Shown here: positions 1-15,240 of the stretch, in pieces | How positions within the stretch are numbered: position 1 is the stretch's first letter | How the letters are laid out: the number at the start of each line of letters is the position of its first letter | Assembly: GCF_009914755.1 (NCBI RefSeq) | Contig: NC_060932.1 | Length of the DNA stretch: 64,000 nucleotides | Direction: 5' to 3' (one strand) | Source: the human T2T-CHM13v2.0 reference genome, Homo sapiens | Program-made: the position numbers and the translations under genes | Notes under the pieces: model-generated | Seen by the model: only the letters and a program-made list of their open reading frames with translations | Databases searched by the model: none | Told to the model about the DNA's origin: nothing

Positions 1-3000
1 ATGAGATCACGTATAAATTGAGTCCTCCTTCCAAATCTCTTACCTTAGAAAGGAAACTGCTATTTTGCTGTGCAATAATAGGTCAGAGAAGAAAACTGTT
101 TTAAATAATGCCTTCATGCAAATTTACTGTAGGGTTATCTGCCGAGTAACAGACTACCCTTGTGGGATTCTCAAATTACAGTTATATTGCCCAACTAGGG
201 GAGCTGCAGTTTGAAAATGAGAAACTTCTTTTGGCAGTGGAACACATAATCAACGTCCTCACAGAAAAGCAGACGTTTCAGCTACAGAAAATAAAAAATA
301 AAATTAAATTAACTTCACTGCCTAAAACCATCAGCCCCAGGATATTCAAAAATCTTATGAATTTTTATCTCAGACATGATCCACATTCTGCATGAACTAA
401 AAAACTCATGACTTTATACTATCAGTTCTGATATTTTAACAGTCTTTACTGGGGGAAAGGGAATGAATCCCCCAGTGTAAAGCAGCAGCCTGTCTGCAGT
501 CAATGCCACTGCACTCGACACCACGTCCCATGCTCTTCTCCTCTCCCCACTTCAGCTCAGCCCTGCAGACTGCTGGCTTCCCTCACACACAATTTGCTGC
601 AGTCCACCCCTAGGCTGGCAAGCAGCCCACCAATCACTCAGTGTGACAGGAAGTCAATCTGAATATAGAAGTACTGCATGTAAATGGACATTATAAATGA
701 AAGTCTAGAATGCGTCACCTTCAATTTGGTCAGAAAAGGCCATTTTTAAGAAAACAATCATGCAAGGCTCTCACTTGGGGTCAAAAAGGTAAGCTTCCTC
801 CCCCCACTTACACCCCACATATTAATTCTACTGGAGGGGCAACAACTTTCATACTGTGACATCCCTGACTTTATTTTTTAACCTTCATACCACTTTTTAT
901 GATGCTCTCAAAACATATTGAAATGATGAGGAGGAGGAAGAAAAGGGTGGAACATTTGTTAAGCACCAGCTGTATTGCTAGGCATGGCACTGAGCTCCTT
1001 TTATACAGCAGTTTATTTAATCTTGAAACATTACAAAGTGGGTATCATCATGCCCATGTTACAGATGAGAGGGAACTGAGGTTTGCAGAGGTAACAAATT
1101 GTCCAAAAACTACCTGTTTCTACCCCAATTTCACAATGAGGAGTTGAAGGCCCAGAAATACTAAGTGCTGTATCAAGGATAACAGAGTTAATACCCACAC
1201 TAGGAAACACAGATTGCCAGGCCTGTTCAGTACCAATGCCTGGGCAGGCTTTCCAAACCACAGCATGCTGCGCTTCCCAGTGGCACCTGCAAGGTGGGGA
1301 CCTGCAAAAACGTGCTTCACAGGGTCAGGATGGAACTGCTGTGGCATCTACATGCTCTAACTGGTGCAAACGAAAGGGAGCTAAGCCACAGATACTAAAC
1401 ATTAAACAATCCAAGACTGGTTTAGATGTGGTCGGGATGTGCAGACAACTACTTCAGCCACAGCAGACTGACCACTTTAATTAGATCTTGTTCAGGCCAA
1501 TAATTAACATTCATTTGCTTACTCTGAACTTCTGAACTTTAAGAGAGAGAGAGAAAAAGTGGGTTCCAACCCCAGGTCTTCCACAAGTTAGCTGGGTGAC
1601 CTTTCTGAATTTCGGTTACCGATTTGTAAATAAGTAACAACTACTGTCTGCTCCCGTCACAATTTTACTATGACAATTAGTGGAGAAAATGTGACAAGAG
1701 CCTCTATTAAACCACAAAACACTACAGCAACAGAAATAATAATACATATCAAAAAGTAAAAACAAGCAAAAAATACTACATATCAATTGGGCAGGGAGAG
1801 TTCACAAGGAAAATAGTAGGCAGTCCCAAATCATGGTGGTGGCATGGGAGGGGATCATTCTAGGATTTACAAAAAGAAGAAGAAACAAAACCAAAAAAAG
1901 TCTATGAATACTCCACAAACTGGTACATTCTTTGTATATAACCAAGAGAGATCATATAACATAATGATCATGCCCTGTCAGGGATGAGAGTTGAGATCCA
2001 GAAAGAGAAAAATGAAACTGGGTCCCAGGAAATAAGAGCTAGGAACAGGGGGTCTAAGGCAGGGGTAAGTCTCAAAACCAGGACTATCCACTAATAATGT
2101 TCAGAATTGCAACAAATAGGAAGAAAAACCCTACACATTGAGCAGAGCATAAGGAAGAGGCTCCTCTTCCTTTCTCTAAGGAGAAGAGGCGAGTCTGAAT
2201 TAGGCTGAGCCAAGAAATAGACCACTTGTTGCTTCCCAGCTGTGCTCCCATGAGGTGTCTGGAGTGCCTCCATTAGCAGGGTCCCCTGCTTCCCAAGTTC
2301 AATGACAGATATGCCCCCTAGCAATATCTGGTCTACCCAGCTGCAATTTTAAATGGAATGACTATTACAGTGTATGGCGTACAGAGGAAATTGGAAAATG
2401 CAAAAGAAAAAAAGCAACACTGAGCACCCAAACCAATTCACAACACTTCTGCCCATCCATCATTCCCATTCTCCCTAACTTCCAAGTGCTAGCTTCCTTT
2501 TTTCTTGGTAATACAGCTACTAGCCTAGGCCTAGATATAAATCCCACTTATCTACTCCCTCTACCTGGTTTCATGGCTCATCTTCCCACTGGCATTGGCC
2601 ACTCCCTTCGCCTGTGCCCTTCGGGTCCCTTCTCTGCAGAGGACCAACTCATCATCTATTCCATGGCTAGGAGAGAAAAGCACTTCCGTCTTTTCAGCTT
2701 AAAAGGTATTCCCTTTCCTCAAGACCTATTCTCAAAGAATGCTGTCCCTTTTCTACTGTCTGTTCCCATCCACAAGTTCACCTGTGACCACTATTATGCC
2801 ATCTTCATACCAGTCTCCTCTTCTGAGGGCTATGCCAACCATCTTTCTCTACTGAGCTCCAGGACACTAATACTTCAATAACTTTTCCATCTAATCACAA
2901 TTCTTTCTACTGCAACATCACTCTCAGCAGTTTTGGTATCCATATTGGTAAACATCAACTTCTCCACCTCCTCACTTCACTAAGCTTTATCTCTTTTCTA

Positions 3001-3024
3001 CTCCAAGTATTCCTGATGTGGCCT

Positions 3025-3500
3025 TGTGACAGACACTGCTGATGTGCTGCCCCAACATCCATTCTCCCCATCTCCTTAGTACTAGAATCCTGGTTTTTAC
3101 CAGAATATTTTGAAAATACAAGTTTCCATTTCCTAGCCTCTCTTACAGTCAAATGTGGTCAATAAATACTAGTGTTATTTATATGGGTTCTGGAAAAGAA
3201 GTGGCTCAGCTGGGAAAGCCCAATTTTGCCCTTCCATTTTAGATTCTCCATCTCAGAAATGACAGCTGGAGCTCTGGCAGCAATCTTAAGCTGAGAGGTG
3301 ACCTTGAGGATGGAAGTCATGTGCTGAGGAAGGTGAGATCAAAAGGAAGGAGGCCTGAATCCCAAAGGACGCCACAAACCTGGCATTCCAGGCCTATGTC
3401 TAAGTTCCTTTTAGAGGAGAGAGAAATAAACTATCGCATTTAAGCTTCTGTTTATTTGGGATTTTCCCCCTGTAATAGGCAGCTCAATGTAAATAATTAA
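3025..3500 (+). mobile_element. Old MaLR LTR remnant (MLT1J/K-like)
   Basis: Starts TGTGACAGACACTG...CCCCAACATCCATTCTCCCC and contains CATTTCCTAGCCTCTCTTACAG, resembling MLT1 LTRs. Boundaries approximate. Confidence 0.55.
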
Positions 3501-4721
3501 TACTGGCCAAAGATCAACTAATGGCAAATAACAAAATGCGGTGCAGGCTCTCCAACACGACAACTCATTAAGAAGAGTCTAAAGTGACTTGAAGGCCAAT
3601 GTTTCTTAACCTTATGTCAGTACAGGCTATGCTGTTGAATGTTCCAGGCCCTACTATCATTTGGTACATTATACACCTTGAGACTCATTCCTATTTTGCT
3701 TTTAGTTTCACATCATGCTTTTTTTTTTTTTTTAATCTCTACAGCTGTCTATAACAAAACTTTTTAGGAAAGTACCACAAATATGTTAAACAGAAGAAGC
3801 AAATCTCAAATAATGTGCAAAAGCTGTGAGTTTCTTCTTACATAAAACTCGTACCTAAGCAAGTGAGGGTTCATTTTATTTTTCACTCACCAATCCCCAT
3901 ATCATTATACAGTAACACCATACAGCCAAAACGGCCATGATATTCCTCCCTTCTCAGCCAAAATTGGGCAAGAGAGAATGACCCTTGTAGGGGAAAAGAA
4001 ACCTCTACGATAAACTGAAATGCCACCATCAGGGTTTGTTGAAACTGTAGGAACAGGGTCTACGACTCACTTAGCTGCTAATGAGTTTCTATGATTCCAG
4101 ATGGAGTAGTTCAAAGTAAGAAGTGAAGGGGCTGGACCTGTCTGTGAATCAGAATGAGCCCACGTCCTCCAGGAAGGTTTTTTATAGCCTCCTCTCCCAA
4201 ATGGAAAAGCCAAATCCATCATTGATGCTTCCATCAGAACCTGTAGAGGTACTATCATAACACCTTCCACACAGTTTAGTGCACTTAACCTGGAAACCAG
4301 TTACCTCCATTGTGAGCTTTGAGGCCTGGGGCTCTGTTGCTACGCGTTTGTTTCACTAGTGCTAAGAGTGGAATGTAGCAGATGTTCAGCACATGATTGC
4401 TGAGTAAAAGCCATCCTTTGTGGCTGAAGTGATGAACATGGCATGGCAGGCCCTTTCCTCAAACAACTAATGAGCTGAGACCTGATACAGCAGCAAGAAG
4501 GACCCTATAATCCTGAGGAGGAGGGAGTGGAGAGGAGAGCTGAGGAAGGGCTGGTGAAGAAATGGTTGCTGCACCATTAGTCACTTTTACCAAAATAGCT
4601 AAAACAAGGAACAGGAAACTATTAGCAAATGGACGTGCAGAAAGCATCCACTGATAGAGAGTTTTTATGACAAGACAAAAAGGAATAGCACTTGTTTGAT
4701 GGAATCCATGGACCAGATGTT

Positions 4722-5012
4722 GTTTTTTATTTTTATTCTTTCCTGAGAGAGGGTCTCACTGTAACATAGTGATGCAGTCACAGCTCATTGTAGCCTTGAC
4801 CGCCCAGGCTCAAGTAATCCTCCCACCTCAGCCCCCCAAGTGGCTGGGGTTACAGGCACATACCACCATACCCAGCTCATTTTTTATTCTTTTGTAGAGA
4901 CAGGGTTTCACTATGTTGCCCAGGCTGGTTTCAAATTCCTGGCTTCAAGTGATCCTCCTGCCTTGGCCTCCCAAAGTGTTGGGATTACAGGCATTAGCCA
5001 CCATACCCAGCC
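4722..5012 (-). mobile_element. AluJ-type SINE with small internal deletion
   Basis: Reverse Alu motifs: GGCTCAAGTAATCCTCCCACCTCAGCC and CTCCCAAAGTGTTGGGATTACAGGC; T-rich tail at left. Confidence 0.9.
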
Positions 5013-6904
5013 CAGTGTTTTTATGATGAGGTGCATTAGCTGTGCCATGGAGTTAGACAGAGCTACAAGGAGGAGAACTACTATTGGCAAGCACTACTAT
5101 GTGCCAGATACCATACCAGACATTTTCACGAACATCTCCTTTCATTTTCATAGCAACACAATGAGTCGGCAGGTGAAACAGCCTAGCTAAGGGCAAATGA
5201 CACAGCGAATTAAAACATTTACTGTTCACTCTGCCAGCTCTCTGCATTTTTAACAGGCCATCCTGGTTAATCCCCCTCATAGCCAGTGAAGTGGTATTAT
5301 CACCTCCTTTTACAGTTAGGTCCCTTTCCCAAGGCCTTAAAACTACTACGTGATAGAGTTGGGGTTCAGTCCATGTTCATCTAACTTCAAATATAGCCTA
5401 GACACTTAAAAAAGCGTTTCCCCTCATCTCAGAAATAAGACATTGTCAGTGGAAATGCCAAATGGAGTGGCCAATGGAAAAAAAGATCAGCAGGACAAAG
5501 CAATGGGGCCTTCAGCTGATGGTCTCATCACTGCAACACTGCCCTACTACAGGAGAAGTGGGAAGGGAAAAAACCCATTAGAAGCAGAATTAAAAGCTAG
5601 GAGTCTGCTTTATCTGAGTAGAAATTATAAGAAAATTAAAACAATTTATTAGAACTTAAAAGCAGTCACTCCTATAATCAGCACCACTGTCAGTCTTCTG
5701 AAGCGTTTTTACAATTTTCACTTCCTCTGTAGCAATTACTGTGGTTATTTGGAGAAGAAATTGCAAGGGAGCTAGTTGAGCACCTTGGTGAAGAACACTA
5801 AGATGGCAAGGAAGCTTCTGCAGCTAGAAATAGAATGGCACCCTCATTTATGTTACTGTTGCATTGGATCACATAGCCAGAACCAGCCCCCAGCTGCTAC
5901 TAATTTTAAGAGAGCCATTTCTGTTCTTTAAAAAATAAAATAAAATAAAAAAAGGAATAAAAGTATGTTGAGAAAAATTCCTGGCACTTCCCTGACAGAC
6001 TGTCGTATTAGTGAATGAAGACTAAAAACCAAATGGGGAGAAAGCAGCCAGTTCAAGGGGTGGTGGGGATTGCTCCAGGCCCTGAATGAGGTAGTGTGGT
6101 ACCCTTCTTGCAGGGCTATGGGAACACTGAGTGGCACAGAACAGAGCAAGTATTTACAAATCCTGTGAATGGGGAGTCAGAGCCTACCTTATCCGTGAAG
6201 ATGGGACACACTGGCATCCACTGGTGGAAGCATTCTGGGAGGAACTGGGCAATGTTCAAAAGCCCTAGACCCAGCAACTCTACTTACTGAGATCCCTTCC
6301 TGGGAATCATCAAAAAGATGAACAGAGCAACGCACGTATTAAAATAGCGGAGGGATGGAAAAACCAACATCAGTAACAGGAATATGAATAAAGTAGGTGA
6401 AGCAGTAAGACAGGTACACCCACACAACAGAATATTATGTAGTCATGAAAACAGAGGGCAAAAGTTTTTAATGACATGACGAAAAAACTTTCTAGGTGAA
6501 AAAGGCAGAAAATGCAGCTGCATATATGACATTATTTTGTACACTAACTACTTCATACAATTATTTACATGTTCTATATAAAGTCTTCACTATTACTATA
6601 TAATGCATAGAAAAGTACATTTTAACATATTCCTGTCTAGTTAATGCTATTAGTATTCACAAAATTAGCACACAATCTTCTTTGTACTTTTCTGTATTTT
6701 CCACATTTTTATAATGAGAAATTACTTATAATGTTCTTTAAAAAATAAAATAAAAAAGGGAAATTACTTTCATAATCAGAAAAGTCACTATATTTTAATG
6801 CAAAACCAAATTTATCATGCCTATCAAATTCACTGCCAAAATGGAATATCAATGAGCATATATGTCATGTGCCTCCAGGATTTAAGATCATAAGAAATAC
6901 AGAG

Positions 6905-7247
<343 letters not shown>

Positions 7248-10200
7248 CTAGGGCTGTATGAAGGAGGAAGAGTTAAAATGAAAATTATAACCAACCTAGA
7301 TGTAGCTTTCCACACTACCAGGAAGAAGTATCATTCCTCTCTAGTATCACATTAAAAAAAAATGGAGAAAATTCAGAGCTTTTCATCCTTTCTAACAGGC
7401 TACTCTGAAAGTAGAATTTACCAATGGAAAAGAGTAAAATTATCTATCCCAAACCACTGATCAGATCAGTAGACATCAACACCATTGCCCTAGTTTACTT
7501 TGCCAAAGAGTGCAACATGCCCAGTCTTCGGTTAAAGACATCAGGAACAATAAAACAAGTAAACAACTAACGGGCTAGCCACCTATCTAACTTCAAATAG
7601 AGACAACCAGAAATTTGAGAAAACCTTTTTATCTCATCCCAAATATATAAATCAAGAATGCTGGCTGAGGAAACCTAAGGATCCTTTCAATTTTGAAATT
7701 TTGTGATTCCAAGACACAATAAGTTTAATCTTTGGCATATTAAGCTATCTTTCCTGGAAGAGCAGCTAATTAAATCTTCCAAAAGGCTGTCAATCTCCTG
7801 CCCCCAAAAAAACATGGATTATAGTGAATAAGCCCCAGTGGCTACAGAGACAGGTGACTGCAAAGAAGCAGGCCTGGCATTTACAACCCACTCTATAGCC
7901 TCATTTATGGTACTCTGCCACCTCTGCAAGTACAACTGATTTCAAATTCGGCTCCATTTGACCATGTGGGCTTACACATGAGGGTCTGGTTCAGCACCAA
8001 AGATTCCAAAGGGCAAGAAGAAGCAGGCATGTGAGGGTCAATCAGTGAGTTGGGAGTTAAAATCCCTCCTCAGTCAATAGGAATGTGAACTCTGGGACCT
8101 CAATTTCTACATTTACAAAAAAGGAGAGAGATGTACTTACTAGATGGAAATCTCCAGCTTTTCCACAAAGTATCCCTTAGAAGTCAGGGGGTGCATCCTA
8201 AAGCACTCACTACTCTAACTACATAAACCTAATAAAGACTCTGTTTTATCACCAACACTTGTGCATAGTTTGCACTCCTTTGTATTTCCATGGTTGCTTA
8301 AATATAAAATGATTACTAGTCACTTAAATTGTCTAAGTTCTTCCACTCCTCCCACTCAAAATCTCTGAGTAAAACTAATATGCCAGAAAGATACCACGTT
8401 TGTCTTTTAACATCAGTTATCTCATCCCACCATCACATAAAACCCAGAGGACTACTTCCCCTAGTATGAGATTCAAGGCTCTTAATAATCATATAATTTT
8501 CTCTTTTAATTTTCTATGATAAAATGAAATAAGTGTGCAAGTGTCCAGCATTATACCTGGCATATAACAGATGGTAAAAAGATAGATGCTAAATCTCAAT
8601 CTGACTTCTAGCAAATTAAACTTGCTTTGCAAAATATGCATTGCAAAGTGCTGAGCTGGGAATGCAAATCATAAATGTAATGAAGATGCTACTGTGCTGC
8701 CACGGTTCTTCATCTCTAGAGATTTTTTGTTAAGAAAAATCAGCTGGGGAGAAGACAAGAGAAGCAGCAAGTAAAACACACAAAAGCAAAATTTAAAAGT
8801 CAATAAAACAACTTCCAAAAGAAGGCTATGTAGGTATGCAGTGAAAAACTGCATAAGAAACTGAGAGATAAAAATTCATACTCAGGTTTAGTTAGAAGTC
8901 TCTCTGGAGATGAATTTTATGCCATCTGTGGTTAAAAAAAAAAAAAATGAAAATGCTGTAACTAAACATGATTCCTTCTCTTAGATGCAAATAAATTATG
9001 GAGTTACTGCAATCTGCTGAAATCAGGTGTCTTGAGTCCCCGCTGTCTCCTACAGAGAGGTATTACATTGATCTTATCCCAAACTGCCTCATTTTACCTT
9101 GTATTTGAATCACTGGCTGCCAAATCCTTCAGGCTGCAGATGGCACATATATCTTAAGTAATTAAATACAGAACTGGGGACTAGGAATCAGATAGGGGAA
9201 GTAAACATTACTGACCTTCTAACAATTCCTTTGTACTTAATGATGAGGACTCAGTTCAATATAATGCTATCTGGATTCAGTTCGATTCAACAAATATTCA
9301 TTTAGTGCTTATTATGGCAAATCCTCATGCTAGGGATTGTGAAGCATGTATAGAACACAGTCCTTACCTAAGTGAGTTTACAACCTGGTAGGAGAGACAG
9401 GATGCACATACGTATAACTAACAAAGGGCAGAATGTGGTAAGAGCAAAGAGAGATATACAAAGACCTGCAATGGAGAGCAGTGGGAAAAGATCATTTCCA
9501 GGCCAGGGAGACGCAGAAGGCTTTGAGGAGAAGGAAGTCCATGTGTCGGATGGAACTTTCTAACAAAACACCCATAGGACCAGTTCTATCCAGGCTTTGT
9601 GAAGCACTAGGCATTTGTGGAATCAAACTGGATGAGAAAAAGATCAGAATAGGCAATGCAATGAAATTATCGTGCATCTGCTGGAGTGAAGACAGTGCTC
9701 CAGTCATTACAGACAACTACTGCACAGAAATGGAAGGAAACTGTTGTTCCTAAACAAAAGCAACTGCTCCTGTTGATGGCATGGTAGTATTAAGACTCCG
9801 TTCTGGATCATCACCATGTTCCTGGGGAGGACAAGATTCCTAATGCTGAGGCAAATGGACTGCTATGCCGTTCTATTCAAGCCTGAACATTACGGACTGG
9901 ACACTCATTTAGGGATGTGAGAAGGAGGGACAGAAACTCTTGATGTTTTTAAACACTAGTGTAAAGAAACAAGAGGGAACATACTTTCTTTAGCCACTTT
10001 TCTGAAAAGAACAAATAAGCCTTTAAAACTGTAACCAACACTATCAGACAAGGGAAAGGCAGCATTAAACTGACCTAGCTCTATCAGACAAATATAAGTA
10101 ATTTCAAGGCACAGATTTCCACCTGCCAGTCCCCTGTCATGTTGGATAAGAAAGTGACCACATTTCCAGTGCCATCTGCAGAAGAGCTGAAAGTTCTATC

Positions 10201-13200
10201 TCATGTGAAAAACCGTTTTGACTCCTCCTACCTCCCTCTACTGTCTGTTCCCCCTAATTCCCATTTCCAGCCAGAATGCAGCCTCCACTCCTCTATGGTC
10301 CCATAGTCCTTTGCAGACATCACTTGCAAAGAATTTATCATACTATATTAAAATTAGGCATACTATGTATGTAAGGCCCATAACACAATGCTAGGCACTC
10401 AGCAGATCTTTGATAAACAATAAGCATCTCCCCTCTAGCCTTGAGAGACATCCTTGAGGGCATCTTTTTATCCTACTGCCTAATAGATTACCAGGCATTA
10501 AAAAAAACCACTTATCTGTAAATAAATACCCAGAAACAAAAAGATGCAGATGCAGGAGCAATTGTCCTTTCTTGCCCCATGGCTCCCAGAGCTGCCAGGG
10601 CTTCCTAACAATACTACTCCCTCAGTTATCACCCTATTCCTCCAGGGGCTCAAAATGTATTGGGCCACCCCTCTCCTTCCCTGCCAGCTCTGTTAGAAAC
10701 CAACTAACCCAAACCCTCTGAGTCAATCATCAAATCAGTAGAAGCCAACTTTCTGTAAAGGGCCTGTGAGTTTCTAATCAGGAAGATCTGGACGGTTCTG
10801 GCAGGGCCTCCCTGGTCCTGCCAGAAGCATCATGACTCAACCCCACTTCTCTGGCTGGTTGGCTGTTAACCTTTACTGAGCTTCCAGAAATGTTAGGCTC
10901 ACTTCTCTTTTAACAAAATGAAATGAGAAGGTAAACATCATGGGTAAGGAAACAGCAGGTCTGGGAGTATGGCCGAAACTGTCTAAGGCTGTCTTGGAAG
11001 CAGGTAGGGATGAAAAGGTTGAATATCATTAACCAACTGGAGAGCTGTATCCACTTGCAAAGAAGTAATTTTTTAAAAGGTTTAAAGATGATCTAAGTCT
11101 GACCCCTTTGCTCTACAGAAAAGGAAATTAAGGCACAGTGAGGCAAACTGACTTGGGGAAGTACTTAGAAAAAGGACATCAAATAACCAAGAACTGACAA
11201 TACATGCAATGGATGACTCAGATGTGTTCAAGGGAATTAATTATATCCTAATATAACTATGCAACAATTTAGGAAGCATAATTCGTAAAATCCATTAAAA
11301 TATGAGGCCTCCAAGTCTATGGATACAAGAATAGGGCTGGGAAATTTCAGTGGTACTTACAACTTCATCTGTTTTACCCAGACAGTTAAGGTTCTTGTAA
11401 TGAACATTCACATGGCCCACATCTTAACCATGCACTCATTTTTTACAGCACCTCTTTTGAAAAGCAAAAGCACACCCTTGCATCCTCAGCTAGTGGCACA
11501 GTGCATGAGCATCTGGTGCAAGAAGCAGGAGAGGCTCTAGACAGTCTGCCTCGTAACCCCGAGCTCTGCAAAAGCCAAGCAAAGGTGACTGAGAACAAGG
11601 AACCCCCAAAACCCAGAACACTGGCTGCTCACCGGCAGCCCTGCTTGCAGGCCCTTCCAGAGGTGGGGTATGTCCTACCCTAACCCAAACATGCCTATAC
11701 ATTTAGGGACCAAAATTCCACTGACAAATTCTGGGGGGCGGAAGAGAATAGCAGCAGTAATAATTAATGTGTGAGCTTTCAACCTTTCCTTTTCTGAAAA
11801 CTCAGATGAGTTCACATTTAACTCTTTCTTGGGGTCAAATATGGTAGTTTCTTTTTAACTAGGAGGAGAGCTGAACAAATTGGAGAAAGAATTCCTTTCT
11901 TTCAACGTATTCAAAAGCAAAGAGAATTCCTAAACATTTGCTCAGGTAATACAGATTTCTAGCACTGAGGCCAACTTCAAACAGTGCACAGTGAGAAAAG
12001 ACCAGTGCTACACTATGCTTGCCTCGTGTGAATTTGGTAACCACACCACAAGTATCCTTGTTAAGAAAAAGACATCTGTAGCACTTATCATATTTTGTTC
12101 ACTCTATAAGCAAAGTAAGAGACATCTGTTCTTAAACTATGTGATCTAAAAGTTCAAACACACCTGTCTGAATGACTAGTTGAAGATCAGCTATTGTGCT
12201 GAGGAAGGCGTTTTGGGATATACAAAGAGGAAAGCATAGCCTCTATTTACAGTTTAGTGAGACACTAATACGTAAACAACTAGTTACCATACATAGAACA
12301 GAATGAAGTGTTATAACTGTATTAATTACCACATGCTGAAATGCCAAGTGACTAAGTTAGGGCAGGGCTAAATGCTTTTCCAGCACTGTCTCTCCTACTT
12401 CTTATAAACTGCTGTTGAGATAGATGTTTTTGTTCTTATATTGTGGATGACAAAACCAAGGCTCCGAGAAGAGACCACAAAACATATGATTAGTAACAGT
12501 AATCACAAGCTTTAGGGAGTACTAAATATGCCAGAAACGGTGGTAAGTTATGCACCTTACATGAAATTTTCTATTGTCTTCACAATGATGTTTTAAGTAC
12601 TATCATTATCCCCAATTCACAAATGAGAAAATGGAGAAAATTTAAGTAAACTGCCATGGCGGAGCTGGCTTAGGAACCTAGGTCTTTTTGACTCCACAGC
12701 ATGTGTCCTTAACCACCGTCTATAGTTCTAAGTAGTAGAGGGTTGCTGGAAATCAGAGAAGGCTTTAAGGAGGAGGTGGCATGTGATATGCCTCACTCTC
12801 AATGCAGTGCCTCACTGCCGACTTCCCAGCGCATATCCTTACTGCTGGAGACCGACAAATGAGAGAAGTCCCAGCATGCTCACGTACAAAAGAACAGGAG
12901 TTTGCTTTTACAAGTCTACTATCATGATTACAGTACTCATGCACCGACTTGCAAAGCCTGTGAATTCACCTGCCTGCAATGTAAGGGCCACACTTTCCTA
13001 CAACTTTTATAAAACATCAGTGCTGCAATAGGATCCCCAATTTAAGCACAAACAAGTTGAAATGCCTCAAGCAATTTCCACCCCAAATAAAATACAGGTT
13101 TCAATACACACCACGAACAGACTGGATGTGCTGGAATGGTAGTTGGTGCAACACTGCTGAACTCCTGTTGCAACAACTTTCATTTTTATTTCCCCTGAAA

Positions 13201-14249
13201 AAAGCTTAAACAGCTCGCTCCACGCTAGTCAAAGAATATTAACAGGGTGTCCATCCGGAGGCCAACAAAGAGTAGAGAAAACACCAGCAACAACAAATAA
13301 ATGTAAATGTTCAAGGGTTCTACACTTTGAATGCATTAAGACAGCCAGACAGCAAATGAGCAGAAATGGATTCTTCTATGAGAATCCCAACATTTAAAAG
13401 CAAAGCATTAATTTAATGCTTCTCTCCACATTGTGTTTCCCAGCCCTGAGAACTGAAAATGACCTTATAGAATATATTCAGAGACAATCAGTGGCCTATT
13501 TCTTCAGGATCCCTTTATTTCGCAAGTCATCTTAATTTAGCCTTTCAGATTCTGGCACACCAGACCCACTGTGGTTATTCCTTCCCCTCCCCAGGTCAGT
13601 CCACATCAGAGCACCATGATTTAGATATGAATAACTGGATGAATGCCCCCAGGAGGCAGCATCTGAGTAGCTAAGGGAGCTTTCACAGAGTTGGCAGGAT
13701 GATCACATGCCAAGAGCAAGGGAATTTCAATTTGCAAAGGTGTTGGTAGGGCACTCTATCTTTCTGAGCAGATGTAATGAATAATTCTCCCTGCACTCCA
13801 GTTCCTCTAAGAGTTGTCCTTGGATTTGAGTGTTGTGGCACTATGTGAACAGCTGGTGATACTATGGCCCTGTCTGTCTTCCAATGGCTCCGCTCAAATA
13901 AGTCACTCATCCTCTCCCACCAAACTGTTGTACCAAAATTGTTGGGCAAGCTGCTGCTGTTATTCCCTGAACAGCTCCAACTGGACCTCAGTGTAGGGTG
14001 TTACCAAAGCTTGGCTCCAGTGTTAGGGACCTTGTTATGGTGTGATAGCAGCTCTAGGAGCCTGAAGCTCTTCAGGAACATCTCACAGCACAGGCATGTA
14101 AGACCACAGGTGAAGATTTTATGTTACTTCTTAATTAAGTAACATGGAAGAATCTTCATTAAGACTCTCAGGTGACTCTACTGAGACGGGTAAAGAAGAT
14201 TAATATAAATATTTCCTATAATCATGAAAATAAATTAAATTTCCAACAG

Positions 14250-14545
14250 CAGTGGAATAGCTGCTAAAGTAAGGTATATCCACATAACAGAATATTGTGC
14301 AGCCATTAAAAAGCATGGCTTGGAAATGTCCAGAATAAGCAAATCCACAGAAACAGAAAGTAGATTAGTAAAGGATTTGGAGGAAAATGAGGAGTGACTC
14401 TGACAGTTACAGGACTTCCTTTTGCATGATAAAAATGTTCTAAAATTGACTGTGCAACTCTGAATATAGTTAAAAAACACTGCATTGTATACTTCAAATG
14501 GATGAAGTATGCTACGTGAATTAAGCACCAATAAAGCTATTTTTT
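14250..14545 (+). mobile_element. Old L1M 3'-end fragment
   Basis: GTCCAGAATAAGCAAATCCACAGAAACAGAAAGTAGATTAG...AAAATGTTCTAAAATTGA...CAATAAAGCT is typical of an L1MB/MC/ME 3' UTR. Confidence 0.7.
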
Positions 14546-15240
14546 AAATGATGGTTTGGTAGACTAATGACATGGAGAAATGCTCAATATAAAAGGAAAT
14601 GGCAGTTTTTAAGACAGGTGATTTAACAGGATCCCACTTTTGCAAAAGAAAAATATATATATACACACTGAGTTTTATTATCTTCTACTTCTAGCACCAC
14701 TACTGCAGCTGTCTAACATTTACTGAGCACTTGAACTCTGGTGGCCAGTGTCGTAAGTATTCTACATGCATTTCTCGCCTATCATCATAACAATTCTGTG
14801 AAACTGGTACTAAATGAGGAAATGACCACGACTGGTGGACAAAAAAAAAGGCTTGAGCAAGTTCACATAATTAGTATGTAGTGCCACAACAGAGTTTCAA
14901 AACCAGGGCCAAGAGACCAAAGACTATGCTCTTAACCACTGTGACAAATAATACAGTAGTCAATAGTCTTAAAAGCAGTGAAAGTGCAGGTGACAACCTT
15001 TATACTACTTTTGTTACAATAAACCTGTATTAATTTCAGGATGAGGGAGGAAAAATAAAGTAATTAAATTTTGCTGAGTAGAAGTAAGTTCTGATCATCT
15101 GCCCCCTGTGGTAGGCCCTCCACACAAACACAACACCTTGGCCACACAATACTGCACCATATTATTTTCATGAGAGATGTGGGCAGTTTTAAGACAAAAA
15201 GCTGTAAAAACCCAATTAATTAGTTATGGCTCAGTAGTTC

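Noticed and set aside
448-476. 9-bp inverted repeat ACTGGGGGA/TCCCCCAGT with 11-nt loop
   Set aside because: Too short for a pre-miRNA or structured RNA; expected by chance in 64 kb.
9134-10181. Inverted identical 13-mers CTGCAGATGGCAC (CTCF/E-box-like) about 1 kb apart
   Set aside because: Imperfect CTCF match; such a pair can arise by chance and cannot be supported without ChIP data.
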